Origin: Diplonema japonicum
Taxonomy: Eukaryota > Protista > Euglenozoa: Diplonemea
Assembly: GCA_964019335.1 (NCBI GenBank)
Contig: OZ025687.1
Coordinates: 372,001-436,000, forward strand
Direction of reading: 5' to 3'
Length of the DNA: 64,000 nt
This document shows, one piece after another, positions 12,424 through 23,975 of the stretch (position 1 is its first letter; each line of letters opens with the position of its first letter). The position numbers and the translations under genes are program-made. The notes under the pieces are model-generated. The model did no database searches. It was not told the origin of the DNA and saw nothing but the letters and a program-made list of their open reading frames with translations.

Positions 12424-13062
12424 TTTTTTTCTTTTTTTTTTCCCTTGACACCACCGTGTCTCTGGGAATTGTGTAGGAGAAGAAGAAGGGGGGGGGGGGG
12501 GGGGAAATGCAAGGGGGGGTAAGGGGGGGGGAAATTTTGTTTAAAAAAAGATTTTTTTTGTTGTGGGTTTAATGCTTCGTGTTTCTCCCTCCTCCCCTCA
12601 GGAGGGAAGGGAAACAAAAAAGTTTTTAAAACAAAAAAAAAAGATAATAATGAAACGAAATGGAACAGTAACACTTCTCCCATTCACTTTTTTTTTTCCA
12701 TTGGGGGAAAAAAAAAATCCCCCCTTTGTCTTTTTTTTCCCCTCACTTTTTTTACCCCTCTTTTTTTTTTTCCCCCACTCCCTCCTTCCCCTTTGTTAAA
12801 ATCAATTTAAAACAGCAAAAAAAAAAAGAGGGGGGAAGATGAGGGAGTGGAGAGGGAGAAAGAGGTTTCTCTTCTTTTTTTTTTTTTCCAAGTAAATTTA
12901 AAAAAAGGGGGTACTTACTTCTTTGTTTTTCTTTTTTACCCCTTTTTTTTTCTCTTTTTTTTTTTTAAGGTTGGTGTTACATTATATAAGTTTATACTCA
13001 AAGTATTGACAGCCCCACACATTGAGACTATCCACATTTTTTTTTTTTTTTTTTTTTTTCCA

Positions 13063-13172
13063 TCAATTGCTCTTAGCGGCTTTATGGGCTTTGATTGCTT
13101 CACCGTATTCCTGGTCCCAGTCCCAATACATTGGGCAGTCACTGGTTAGGCCGGGGGTTTCAAGAAGAACCT

Positions 13173-13205
<33 letters not shown>

Positions 13206-13570
13206 CTTTTTTCTTTTTGTCCCTCCCCAATTACTCCTAACAAACCTCAGGGTTCGGATTTTTAGCTACAACCTTCGTGGGGTGTTGCAAATGGAAATCG
13301 TCTGCAGAAGCATTGTAGCTGTATATTTGAATAGCCGGCTTCGGGTACTGTGTATAATGTGTTTGGTTTTGATTGATAAAAAATAGGGGGGGGGGAGAAT
13401 ACCGAGTTTAGCAAAGGCTTCAATTCTTCTTTCAAGTACCATTTGAGATCGTCAACCAGGCAATCCTTCGGTACCAGAACGCTGGTCAGCAGGGGTTCGA
13501 GCTTTGTGGTGCCTCTTGGTTTTAGCCACACCCTTAGACTGCTACTGTTCGTTGCCGGCACCCCTGACAT
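13063..13570 (-). CDS. Hypothetical 125-aa protein, possible ubiquitin-like/beta-grasp fold (3 exons)
   Basis: ATG follows an A-run. Introns 13348-13402 and 13171-13245 give an open frame ..LLNS|YPKPAIQIY..NPE|VLLETPG..KSN*. The LRVWLK..CLVDDLKWYLKEEL pattern resembles UBL beta1/helix1 (inference). Confidence 0.7.
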
Positions 13571-14533
13571 GGTTTTTTTTCTTTTTTTTGTATCCTGTTT
13601 TTTTTTTTCTTTTTTTTTTTTTTTTTTCCCGTTTTTTTTTTCCCCCCAAAAAAAAAATTGTGTACAATAATAAAAAAAAAAGAAGAATGTAAAAAAAAAA
13701 AAAAAAAAAAAGGAAAAGAGATAGATGGAATGAAATCAAAGAAACACAAGGAATTCAAAAAAAAAAAAAAAAAAAGAAGAAGAAGGGAGATAATGGGAAA
13801 GAGAGGGAGAAAAATTTTCTTTCTCCCCCCCTCTCCCGTGAAATGGGAAGGAACAGAAAGAATGGGATTTTTGAGGGAGGGAATGGTGGAAAGAGGGAAA
13901 GAGATTGTTGGGTCATCTCGAGACTGTCGAATATAAAAGCGTGTTACTTAAAAAAAAAAAAAAAACATTTTTTTTTTACCCGCTTTTTTTTTCTTTTTTT
14001 TTCTACTTCATTCTCCTATTGAGTGAATGGCACGCTAATGTGTGATTTTTTTTTTCTCCTTTTTTCTTTTAAACCCGGCTGATAAACCGTTGTTTACCCC
14101 CTTTTTTTTATTTTTCTTTTTTTTTTTTTGTTACAACTCATCATGATGTACTCACCACTCACCCACTCTCTCCCCCCGGCGGAAAAAGACAGAAAACTTT
14201 ACAAAAAATAAATTGTAAAAATAATTGTGTTTCGATTACGTCTGACTAGAAAAAAAAAAGAAAAAAAAGAAAAAAAAAAGTAGGGGGGAAAAAAAAAGAA
14301 GAAAGTCCTCTTTTTTTTCTCTCTCTTTTTTCTTTCTTTCTCTTTTTTTATCACGATGAAATGAAAATTCTCAACGATCCAAAAAAAAAAAAAAAAAAAA
14401 AAAAAAACGCCAGAATTAACCGGAAGTTCCACACGGGAGGAGGGAGAAGGAAATGTAAAAAAAAAAAAAAAAAAAAAAGAAAGAAAAAGGTGTCGTTTTA
14501 AAAAGGATTTTTTTTTTCTTTTTTTTTTTTCCC

Positions 14534-17500
14534 TTAGATTTTTTTGGAAGCCTCAACCATGTTGGCGAAGATTCCATCAGGAATGCCCTGCAGCACCTGA
14601 GGGGTGTCCATCTCAACAAGTCTACCATTATCCAAAACCATGATGATATCGGAGTCGATTAGTGTGTTAATCCGGTGAGCAATGGTGATGATGGTGGCAT
14701 TCTTGAAAACGTCCGCTGTCCTGATGATTTTCTGGATAAGCATATCAGTCTCCGGATCAACATTCGCAGTTGCCTCATCGATCAGAACAATCTTAGAAGC
14801 ACGCAGCATAGACCTGGCAAGAGAGAACAACTGTCGGTGGCCCGTGCTTAAATTCGCACCGTTCTCTTCCACATTCTGGTCGAGGCTTTTGATCTCACTC
14901 GTCAGCGTGACCGCTTCCAACACCCTCCAAATCTCATCGTCAGCAGCCTCTCCAAACGGATCAAGATTGTACCTTACACTCGCGCTGAACAGAATCGGCT
15001 CCTGAGGGATCAGGTTCACAGATTTTCTCATTTGTTTCAAAGGCATCATTTTGCAATCGACACCGTCGTACTCAAGAAAACCAGATTCGATTTTGTTCAA
15101 CCCAAGCAATGCTTGGAAAAGACTCGATTTTCCAGACCCGGTTCGCCCGACAACACCAAGTTTCGTACCAGGAGGGATCGACGCTTGTACGTTGTGCAGA
15201 ACCGTGGGGAGGTCGTCGCGGTATTTAACCGAAATGTCGTTCAGTTGAACAGAACCGGTTGCAGGCCATTCGGGGTTCGTTACTGGCATGTCAGATCCAG
15301 GCTCGCAGGGTAGGCTCAACGCGTAGAATAGCAGCCGTTCAACGCTTGTCATGAACGTTTCAACAAGAGAAGACTGTCTTACCATATATTGAAACATCCC
15401 CGACAGCGACAGTGCGTATGTCATTGCTAGCCCGTACATTGACGCAGAGACTGTGTCTCGTAAGGCGACACCCATACCCGCAAGCAGGAACACCAAGAAG
15501 AAACACATCATGTCCAGTCGGTACCCAAGCCATCTGTTACATATGAACCACCAGTAGTAAGGCTTTGCCATGCCCTCCAAAGAATCCTGAAACATCGCTT
15601 GCATCTCTTCACGCTTGTGAAACGCCTTAATCGACGTGATCCCGTTGAGGTTTGCAGCGAAGCTTGTGAAGACAGGTGATCTGCTTATCCCGTCCAAGCG
15701 TTTGATCTCCCTCAGTGATGTCGTGGCGTACTTTCGAAGGTACCCGAAAAGCACCACAAGGAAGGGGATGGCGATGGTGATCCACACCACGGCAATGCAT
15801 ATTAAAATAATAGACCCCAGTGTGATGCACATCATCTGCAGACAGTCGAAGAGTGACACAGGGAGCATTTCATCAATCTGCCCCAGATCGCTGCTGAACC
15901 TGTTGATGATCCTTCCCAAAGGGTTCGCTGTGAAAAAAGCCATGTCTGTCCTCACAACGGAATCGAACGATTTGTCGTGAATCTGTGTCGACGCGCATGT
16001 TGTGAAGTAGAAGAAGAGGAAAACCCTCAAAAGCCCGAACAGCAACGTCGTCCCGCAGAACACCGCGTACATGTACAGGTAGAAGTCTTCCTGTTGTTCA
16101 TCGTGGTTTTGATCGGCCCAGACCGACAGCCAATAGTCCGCCATAATCTGCGCAGTCTGCCCGACGATTAACATGATGACCACCACGACACACAGGACCA
16201 CACCACCGTTCTTTGCGTATGCTGTGTATGTACCGCCTGTGACCTGGCCCTTGGTGCGGTCCTCGGCTTCGACGAGCTTCAAAGGTTTCTCCTTTTTGAC
16301 GATGGGCTCCTCTGCAGGTTTGATCTCGTCGACCTCCACAACGTTGTTGTTCGGCGCTGCTGTTGAGATGCTTCCGTTCTGCCCGAGCGTGATGGTCATG
16401 TTGGAAAAGCTTGCCGCTTTGGTCTGATGCGTGACGAGGAGGATGCCGAACTCTTTTGTTTTCAGCAACGCGCGGAACGATCTGATCAACGCATCGCAAA
16501 CATGTGGGTCCACAGCTGATAGGGGATCATCGAGAAGGATGATCTTCGCTTCGGAGTACAGACCCCTTGCGAGGCTTACCCTTGCCTTCTGCCCGCCGGA
16601 TAAGTTCACACCACGTTCTCCTATCTCCGTCATATCGCCGTTCTGAAGCTGTTCCAGGTCCGTGACAAGGCTGGCTGCGGCGATGGTCTGCTTGTACCGC
16701 TTCTCGTCATACGGGCTCCCGAATAGTATGTTGTCCCTCACCGTGCCCGCCATGATCCACGGCTGTTGCGGGACGTACGCAATGGGGCCTTGTACCTTAA
16801 CTTTTCCGTCAAGAAGAACCGCTTCTTTGAGAATCGTTCCCAATATGGTGCTTTTCCCGCAGCCCACGGGACCTTCGATCATCACAAGCTCGCCCTTCTT
16901 CACGGTCAGCGACACATCGTTTAGAACGTTTTCGTTGCCTGTTTGCCATTTGCTGGTCACGTTGGTAAACTCGAGAACTGTGTCCGGGTCGGCAGGGGCA
17001 GGGAAATCTGCAGCACCATTGTCCTCCTCGCACTCCAAGAACTCCATAATACGCTGCGTTCCAACATGCACCTCCGGAATGATCTCAAGTGCTTTCGAAA
17101 GCTTTTTACCAAGAGACTGGCGGAGAACCATGAAAAGCGATATAGTAGGGTAGATAATGTCAACATCCAGTTCGTTGCCCGAACGGGAGTACACCGCGAA
17201 GAGTGTGAAGGAAGCCATCACGGGACCGACAAAGTACATCCCGAGGTTGAAGGCTTTGATGAATTGAGACTTGAGGATCCAGGATGCCTCGACAGCACGG
17301 AGCTCTGCAATTTTACGAGAGAAAGGTGCTTCCCAGCATGCAGCCTTTACAGACAACATGCCACATAAGATCTGAGTTGTCAACGAAACGCGGGAGTCTG
17401 TTGCTACTGCCGTGCCCTTTCGAAACGTTGCGAGAAGAGACGTGTTGGCGTACTGCACCACAGAGATTATGACAAGAACCCCGACACCTGCCGCAGCTGC

Positions 17501-18190
17501 ACCGTGGCCCACGTTGTTCGCCGCCAGGAAGAATATAACAATGACATCGAGGACGGCAACCCATAGGTAGTGGAGGAATATGAAGCTTTGGTCGAAACGA
17601 AGGACGTCAGTAGACGTCATGTTGATCACCTTGCCGTTGGAATGCGTAAGACGGGAGCTGTACGAGGAGGACAAGACTTTCTCGTGGATGAGAGAGATGC
17701 ATCCCATTCTCGCACACCAACCAGCACGCATTGTTTGGTAGAACAGCTGGTGGTGGATGATAACCTGCAGGAACGAGCCGAGCACCAACGCCAGGGAGAA
17801 TATAATCCCGTTTTCGTAGTTTTCGTCAGTGTTCTTGAACCATTTCAAGATGTAGTACAAAAAAATGGGTTGGGCGATTTGTAGCCCCGATTCCGACAGA
17901 GACCATATTGCGCCCCAATAGAACTCTGATGTGAAGGCGTCGTAAAGAGTCATCCAAAATCTCCACTTGGCTTCTCCCATTCCTTTCCTCCCTTCCCACG
18001 CTGATTTCAGCTTTCGGAACTGAGTGGCTGCTTGGTCGTCGGCAGCCAATGCTGGCATGTCGGACATTTCCAAAGGTCTCTCCCAGCCCAGCTTCAACAG
18101 CGGGTTGACATAAGAATAGTCTATCCGTGATAGGAAACTGCTTGTTTCCCTTGGTGCTGGCGATGCAGCCTCAATCGGCTCGGTTGACAT
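14534..18190 (-). CDS. ABC transporter subfamily C (short MRP, ABCC4-like), intronless, 1218 aa
   Basis: TMD-NBD-TMD-NBD architecture. Walker A GPVGCGKS and GRTGSGKS, signature LSGGQ, LLDDPLSAVD, IDEATANVD; no TMD0. Confidence 0.95.
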   Translation of the reverse strand: MSTEPIEAASPAPRETSSFLSRIDYSYVNPLLKLGWERPLEMSDMPALAADDQAATQFRKLKSAWEGRKGMGEAKWRFWMTLYDAFTSEFYWGAIWSLSESGLQIAQPIFLYYILKWFKNTDENYENGIIFSLALVLGSFLQVIIHHQLFYQTMRAGWCARMGCISLIHEKVLSSSYSSRLTHSNGKVINMTSTDVLRFDQSFIFLHYLWVAVLDVIVIFFLAANNVGHGAAAAGVGVLVIISVVQYANTSLLATFRKGTAVATDSRVSLTTQILCGMLSVKAACWEAPFSRKIAELRAVEASWILKSQFIKAFNLGMYFVGPVMASFTLFAVYSRSGNELDVDIIYPTISLFMVLRQSLGKKLSKALEIIPEVHVGTQRIMEFLECEEDNGAADFPAPADPDTVLEFTNVTSKWQTGNENVLNDVSLTVKKGELVMIEGPVGCGKSTILGTILKEAVLLDGKVKVQGPIAYVPQQPWIMAGTVRDNILFGSPYDEKRYKQTIAAASLVTDLEQLQNGDMTEIGERGVNLSGGQKARVSLARGLYSEAKIILLDDPLSAVDPHVCDALIRSFRALLKTKEFGILLVTHQTKAASFSNMTITLGQNGSISTAAPNNNVVEVDEIKPAEEPIVKKEKPLKLVEAEDRTKGQVTGGTYTAYAKNGGVVLCVVVVIMLIVGQTAQIMADYWLSVWADQNHDEQQEDFYLYMYAVFCGTTLLFGLLRVFLFFYFTTCASTQIHDKSFDSVVRTDMAFFTANPLGRIINRFSSDLGQIDEMLPVSLFDCLQMMCITLGSIILICIAVVWITIAIPFLVVLFGYLRKYATTSLREIKRLDGISRSPVFTSFAANLNGITSIKAFHKREEMQAMFQDSLEGMAKPYYWWFICNRWLGYRLDMMCFFLVFLLAGMGVALRDTVSASMYGLAMTYALSLSGMFQYMVRQSSLVETFMTSVERLLFYALSLPCEPGSDMPVTNPEWPATGSVQLNDISVKYRDDLPTVLHNVQASIPPGTKLGVVGRTGSGKSSLFQALLGLNKIESGFLEYDGVDCKMMPLKQMRKSVNLIPQEPILFSASVRYNLDPFGEAADDEIWRVLEAVTLTSEIKSLDQNVEENGANLSTGHRQLFSLARSMLRASKIVLIDEATANVDPETDMLIQKIIRTADVFKNATIITIAHRINTLIDSDIIMVLDNGRLVEMDTPQVLQGIPDGIFANMVEASKKI

Positions 18191-18684
18191 TCTTTTTTTT
18201 TTTTTTTCGAGAACGATTTGTAGAATTTTTTTTTTTCCGAAAAGAACTGTAGGGTGTTATAGTAGTGACGGGGAGGAAAGGAACAAAAAAAAACTAGATT
18301 TACCTATCCAAAAAAAAGGGGGGTGGGGGGGGGGGAGAAACCGATAAAAACAAAAAGGGGTAAAAAAAAATAGAGTGACTAAAAAAAAAAAAAAAATGAA
18401 AGAAAAAAACAAAACAAAGCCCTCTTTTTTTTTGGGAAGGGATCTTCCCAAGGAAAAGTACAGGGTTTTTTTTTAAATGTTTTCTTTTTCTCTCTTTTTT
18501 TTTTAAAAAAAAATCTCGATTCACTTTTTTTTTTTTTTCCTTTGATCAAACTACTTTTTTAAAAAAGAGAAAAAAATATGAAAGGGGTGGTGTGACTCAT
18601 ACCCTGGAGGGCGGGGGGGGGGGGGGCAAAAACGTTTTGTATTCCATTTTTTTTAAAATTTTCCAAACTGTTCTCTTTTCACTC

Positions 18685-18752
18685 TCAGAAAGTGTTTGCG
18701 GGCAAGATGGTGCCCTCGCAGTCACCGAAACCAATGTTGTAGCCGGGACCCT

Positions 18753-18785
<33 letters not shown>

Positions 18786-19970
18786 TTGCCACACCTCACA
18801 GACACCGTTCATCATAACGCTGTCACCATCCTGGAAGAATTTCCTCTCCGCACCGGAGGCCAGTTTCAGTGGCTTGGACCCCCTCCACGACAACTCCAGC
18901 ATAGACCCGAACGAATCCTCTGTAGGCCCAGAAATGGTCCCCGACGCAAACACGTCACCCGCGTTCATGGGGCACCCGTTCACGGTGTGATGCACAAGCT
19001 GCTGGAACACAGACCAGTACATGTACTTGAAGTTGGTTTTGCAGATGTTGTGGTATGTGTCCTCCTCCTTGGGCTTGACAGACGCGAAAAGCTTGAGGTC
19101 CACAGCACCAGGGAAACCCTGCTTCAGGTAGGGAAGCACATCGGGGTCACCGTTGACACCCTGCTTGGGGCCTTCGCAGATGAACGGCTCCAGCGCGTCC
19201 ATTGTGATAATCCACGGGGAGGTGGTGGACGCGAAGGACTTCGACAGGAAGGGACCGAGAGGGACGTACTCCCACTTCTGGATGTCTCGCGCAGACCAAT
19301 CGTTGAAAAGGGAAAGACCGAAAACATGCTCCCTGGCGTTGGCCATGGTGATGGGCTCACCCATGGTGTTGGGCTTCCCAACCCATGCGGCAACCTCGAC
19401 CTCCATGTCAAGCAGCCTGCAAGGACCGAAAACAGGTGGTTTCTCATCATCAGGCTTTGTCTGTCCAAGAGGTCTCTTGATGTCAGTGCCGGAGACAACA
19501 ATGGATGACGCCCTGCCGTGGTAGCCCACAGGGAGGTGGAGCCAGTTGGGGAGGAGGGGTGCCATTGTGGGTCTGAAGAGCTTTCCAATGTTGGTTGCAT
19601 GCTCCCTTGATGAGTAGAAGTCGGTGTAGTCGCCCACGTCCGCGGGGAGGAGCATTTTGACAGTGCTCACGTCGCTCAGAACCGAAACAAGGGATTTGTC
19701 ACCGCCCTCTGCGAAGAGGGCCTGGATGGCCGCCCTGGCCGCCTTCCTTGGTCCGCTGCCCAGAGACATGAAAGTGTTCAGCTTCTCTTCCTTGAGAGCC
19801 TGCGACCATTCGCCTTCGAACTTCCCCATGTCAGCGAGAGCCTTCAGGTCAATCACTTTGTCACCGATTCTCGTAGCACATCTTCCCTTACCATCGGGCC
19901 CCTGGAACACACCGAAGGGGATGTTCTGAATAGGGAAGTGGCTGTCTTTCTCGTAGCTAATCCAAGACAT
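18685..19970 (-). CDS. FAH: Fumarylacetoacetase (413 aa)
   Basis: SHFPIQNIPFG, GDYTDFYSSREHATN, PVGYHGRASS, NDWSARDIQKWEYVPLGPFLSKSF, GSMLELSWRG. Intron 18751-18794 restores the C-terminus GVCE|GPGYNIGFGDCEGTILPANTF*. Confidence 0.96.
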
Positions 19971-20624
19971 TTTTTTCTTTTTCTTTTTTTTTTGCTTTTG
20001 GTGGTGTTGTTCGTTTTGACTGACCGGGGCTGGGAAGGCAAGACAGACTCAAGGTGGTCCTCCTCCTAACCGAAAAAAGACAAAAAAAAAAAAAAAAAAC
20101 ACAAATTCTCAGCAGGCCAACGACAGAGCATATAAGGTGCAGAACAAACACAGAGTAAAAAAAAAGGGGGGGGGAAGAAGAAAGCAAAATGAAAAAAAAA
20201 AGAAGAGATTCAGGAAAATGATAACCTCCCGAAATATCTCTTAAGCCGCATGATAGCCCAAAGGGTGGGGCTGTAGCGTACTGTATTTCCTAAGCCGGTA
20301 CTTTCGATTTTTTTTCTTTTTTTTCTCTTTTTTTTTTTTTTCCCTTTCTCTTCTTGTACCCTTCCTTTTCTCTTTCTTGCAGGCCCTCCCCCTCTCCTCT
20401 CCTTTCCTTTTCTTTCTATCAACTCTTCGGACCAGAAAACCCCCTTAGGCTTTGATTCATACACTTACAGATATGAATTTTATGGATCAGGGCGAAAAAA
20501 AAATCTTTTTTAAATTTCCTCCCTCTATTCTACTAGTGGTGGTTTATGTTTGGTTACAAGCCAGAGCACAGGTAGGGGGGGGGGGGACAAAACAAGAACA
20601 CGGGGGCATCGATTATAGATTTTG

Positions 20625-20666
<42 letters not shown>

Positions 20667-21134
20667 CTATTCTTTCTCTCCTTCCTTTTCTGAACGTATT
20701 TTATTCATTCCCATCCTCCTTATGTTTGCGGGCGGGTGACACCACGTTATTGGTTTTGAACTTTTTGAATTCATTTTTTTTTTCCCATCATCTACTTCTT
20801 CATCTTCTCATTCATTTGATTGGGGGGGAGGGGGGGACAAAAGAGAGAAATAACGGGAGAAAGCCCAGTAAAGACAACCCCACTTGAGGATCGTCTTTGG
20901 AAAGAAATGAAAGTAATCGCTATTATTGGAGGGTGGATGGGGGGGGGGGGGGGGCTGGAAAGCAAGAATGGATAGCAGAGAAAGATTTTATAGCATTTTT
21001 TTGTTTCACATCCCCCCCAAAAAAATAGGCACAAAAAGCCAGCTTAGAATAGGATTTTCTTTTTTTTTTTTAAAGAAATATTTCATTCTCTCTTTCTCCC
21101 TATTTTTTTTTTTTTTTTTTTTTTTTAAATATTT

Positions 21135-21390
21135 GAGCTTGTCCGGAAAAAAAAAGTTCAGCACTTTTTTTTTGGCAGTCGAATTTTTTTTTGTTTGTTT
21201 TGTTTTGATTATTTGAGTAAAAAAAGTCCCGAGCGTTTTAGAAATGAAGCAAACGGCGCGAGCACACACTTAGACCGCAATTCTGAACACAAAGTGGTGT
21301 CGGACTACTTTTGTACTTAGAAATTTTCCGAGGGTTTTTCCGTTGCAAAAGAGGGTCATTTGTTGACATTTTTTTTTCCCGGACAGACTC
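21135..21390. mobile_element. Non-autonomous MITE with GAG..CTC termini (Sola-like)
   Basis: Left end GAGCTTGTCCGGAAAAAAAAAGTTCAGCA matches the reverse complement of the right end, GAGTCTGTCCGGGAAAAAAAAAATGTCAACA. Flanks ATTT/ATAT are AWWT-like and imperfect. Confidence 0.6.
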
Positions 21391-21428
21391 ATATATATGG
21401 CATCGTTTCAAAAAACCCCCCCCAAAAT

Positions 21429-23775
21429 GAGGCCAATTGACACTTTCAATATTTCTCTAAGTACTTTTTCCCAAAAAAAAAAAATTCTACAACTTTCCCG
21501 GCCCAGGTTAGGAAAAAAAACACCCCATAAAATTGGAAAGTGAGTGTTACTAGTAGCCAAAAAATTCAGTCCTAGGGGCAAAAATGGGTTTTTTCACTTT
21601 GCATAAATTCAGTAAAAGAGGGGGGTTCCAAAAAAAGGTTTTCCCACTTTAAACAACTTCAGAAAAAGAGGGGGGGGGGGTTCCAAAAATGGACGCTTTT
21701 AAACTTGCAGTTGAGAAACTAGGGGTAAAAAAAAGGTATTCGGACCGAGAAAGGGTAAATGGGAACACATCGGCGATCAGGACTCGCCAAAGAGGTTCTT
21801 GAGAAGCTCAGTGGCAACGACTGTGCTGCACTAGTTTGTGACGTAGTGTGTAAAGGGGAACTTCTAGCGGCACTTCTGCCATCATTTTCTGGTTGGCTTA
21901 ATAGACAACAAGACGCCACACGGCGCCAATTGGTCAGAGGCATGCGGCTTGACCACATCACACACGACGAAATAAGGGCAGCTGGCCTTACTGTTGGAAA
22001 AGACTTGTTCTACAGTAGCATGGGTACAGTGTGCAAGCCAGGCCGGCCCAGTGCGACGTCCTTGGAGGATGACACAGAGATCAATTCTGATCATCTAGCA
22101 GTCAGCCAGCCAACATCGCGGGTCCTCCGGCGTCTCACACGCAAACGCCACAGGATGACTACCGTAAGGTCGCTCGAGGTGTCATATCAAGATGTTTTCC
22201 GGTCATCCGCCCTTATGAATAAGATTTCCTATTCAACATTCCGAAGGAGGAGAGGGAAGGAATTTATGCACTGTGCCAAACCCACGGATATGTGCGAGCC
22301 CTGTACAAAAGCACAACGGATGCGTCTTTCGCTATTGCAAACGATGACATCACGTGGGGTCAAATGGGACCTGCAGTTCAGTGTTTCGGACATGCAAGAG
22401 ACCCTAAATTGCATTGATGCGATTCGATGGAAGTACCCAAAGAAAAAGGTACGTGAACTTGTTGCAAACTTGAAGCCTTGGGAGCAACATGTTGAAAGGT
22501 GTATGGCCCAAAGAAGGTTGTACAATGAGCACAGGACTTCTCCCCCACCGGATGCATTAGTTCTTGACATCGACTTCAAGTCCAAGGGGTCCCTACCAAT
22601 GGGTCCTGTATCAACAAGCTACAATTTTTACCATTCGCAATCGTTTAGTGTTTTGGGAATCGGGGTGTACTGGATTGACGGGCATGGTGTTCGTAGGGCG
22701 CTGCATGTTGATTGTGTGCTTTCAAGTCTGAATACTGACGTGAAATGCGTTATCGAGTGCCTGAAAACTGTCCTGGCTAGTGGGTTTGCGATCCCCGAAA
22801 AAATGGAGTGGATTCTCTGGACTGACAGTGGGCGTCACTTTCGTGCAAAGGAATTTTGCTATTTTGTTCTTTTTGGTCTTCGTGACGTCTATGCTGATAA
22901 GACGTTTTCCCTGTGGTTTCTGGGGGAGAAACACGGCAAAAACGGCAGGGACAGCCACTTCGGAGTGCTTTCTCGTGTTTGGCTTCGGGTGTCTCGTTCC
23001 ACAACAATTAAAACTGTCGAACAAATAGCGAACATCACCAATACGATACGGTACACCTCTGCATTTGTAGTTACTGATGTATTTGGCCCGTACAAAAAGA
23101 AGATTCTTGAGTTCCCGGACTTTACAGGCGCATATGGGTTCAAGAGTACTCCGGAGGGTGTATTTGCTACAACATGTGCATCCACGAGCTGGAAGGAACT
23201 AAAGTACGTCATCAAAGAACTCGATGCAGACAGGGCAGAGAAAAGGCCCCCAGCCTATGAATCTTGTGATGAGGATGAAGACGTTCCTGATAGCCTTCCC
23301 GGACTTGAAAAACGGGAAAGAATTGTTATCAAGTTACAAAAGAAACTCGACACTTCCCCCGTAGAAGAGCATGACAAGCCCGAAGCACCAAGCACACCTG
23401 CGAATGAGCCTCTTAAAACCCCCCCAAAACGCGGTAGAAGGCCTAATATGAAACAGAAACGAGGTCGCCCACCCAGCAGCAGCAGCACATCTAAACTGCA
23501 GAAGACTAAGAAATGAAGGTTTCCACCTTCAACATCATTTCAGCCACCTTCTGGCAGTGAGTTCCGCTATTTCTTGCTATTGGAAGCATAATCTCTGACT
23601 TTACCAAAACCGCTAAAACCCGATTTTTACCCTAAGACTGAATTTTTCATAGGTCAAAATAGCACCCTTGAGCGATTTCTGACCCGGGTTCTTTCCTAAT
23701 ATGGGCCGGGAAATATGGAGAATTTTTTTTAAAGGGGGCGGCATGCCCAAAGATGCAACGAAAGTGTCAATTGGC
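21429..23775 (+). mobile_element. Autonomous DNA transposon, Sola(2)-like, with long imperfect TIRs; right end runs into the assembly gap
   Basis: Perfect 16-bp IR GCCAATTGACACTTTC (21432-21447) / GAAAGTGTCAATTGGC (23760-23775). Imperfect IR extends about 190 bp (TTTCCCGGCCCA, AAAAATTCAGTC.TAGGG blocks on both sides). Left end starts GAG after AAAT and the element contains an intact transposase ORF. Confidence 0.82.
21759..23516 (+). CDS. Sola-like DDD transposase, 585 aa, intact
   Basis: CxxC..H Zn motif (DMCEPC..QHVE). Catalytic-like motifs LDIDFK, WTDSGRHF and EKHGKNGRDSHFG resemble Sola2 (DF../SD./HGK..D). AT-hook-like KRGRRP and KRGRPP at the C-terminus. Confidence 0.8.
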   Translation: MGTHRRSGLAKEVLEKLSGNDCAALVCDVVCKGELLAALLPSFSGWLNRQQDATRRQLVRGMRLDHITHDEIRAAGLTVGKDLFYSSMGTVCKPGRPSATSLEDDTEINSDHLAVSQPTSRVLRRLTRKRHRMTTVRSLEVSYQDVFRSSALMNKISYSTFRRRRGKEFMHCAKPTDMCEPCTKAQRMRLSLLQTMTSRGVKWDLQFSVSDMQETLNCIDAIRWKYPKKKVRELVANLKPWEQHVERCMAQRRLYNEHRTSPPPDALVLDIDFKSKGSLPMGPVSTSYNFYHSQSFSVLGIGVYWIDGHGVRRALHVDCVLSSLNTDVKCVIECLKTVLASGFAIPEKMEWILWTDSGRHFRAKEFCYFVLFGLRDVYADKTFSLWFLGEKHGKNGRDSHFGVLSRVWLRVSRSTTIKTVEQIANITNTIRYTSAFVVTDVFGPYKKKILEFPDFTGAYGFKSTPEGVFATTCASTSWKELKYVIKELDADRAEKRPPAYESCDEDEDVPDSLPGLEKRERIVIKLQKKLDTSPVEEHDKPEAPSTPANEPLKTPPKRGRRPNMKQKRGRPPSSSSTSKLQKTKK

Positions 23776-23975
23776 NNNNNNNNNNNNNNNNNNNNNNNNN
23801 NNNNNNNNNNNNNNNNNNNNNNNNNNNNNNNNNNNNNNNNNNNNNNNNNNNNNNNNNNNNNNNNNNNNNNNNNNNNNNNNNNNNNNNNNNNNNNNNNNNN
23901 NNNNNNNNNNNNNNNNNNNNNNNNNNNNNNNNNNNNNNNNNNNNNNNNNNNNNNNNNNNNNNNNNNNNNNNNNNN
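23776..23975. other. Assembly gap (200 N)
   Basis: Run of N starting inside the transposon right TIR. Confidence 1.
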
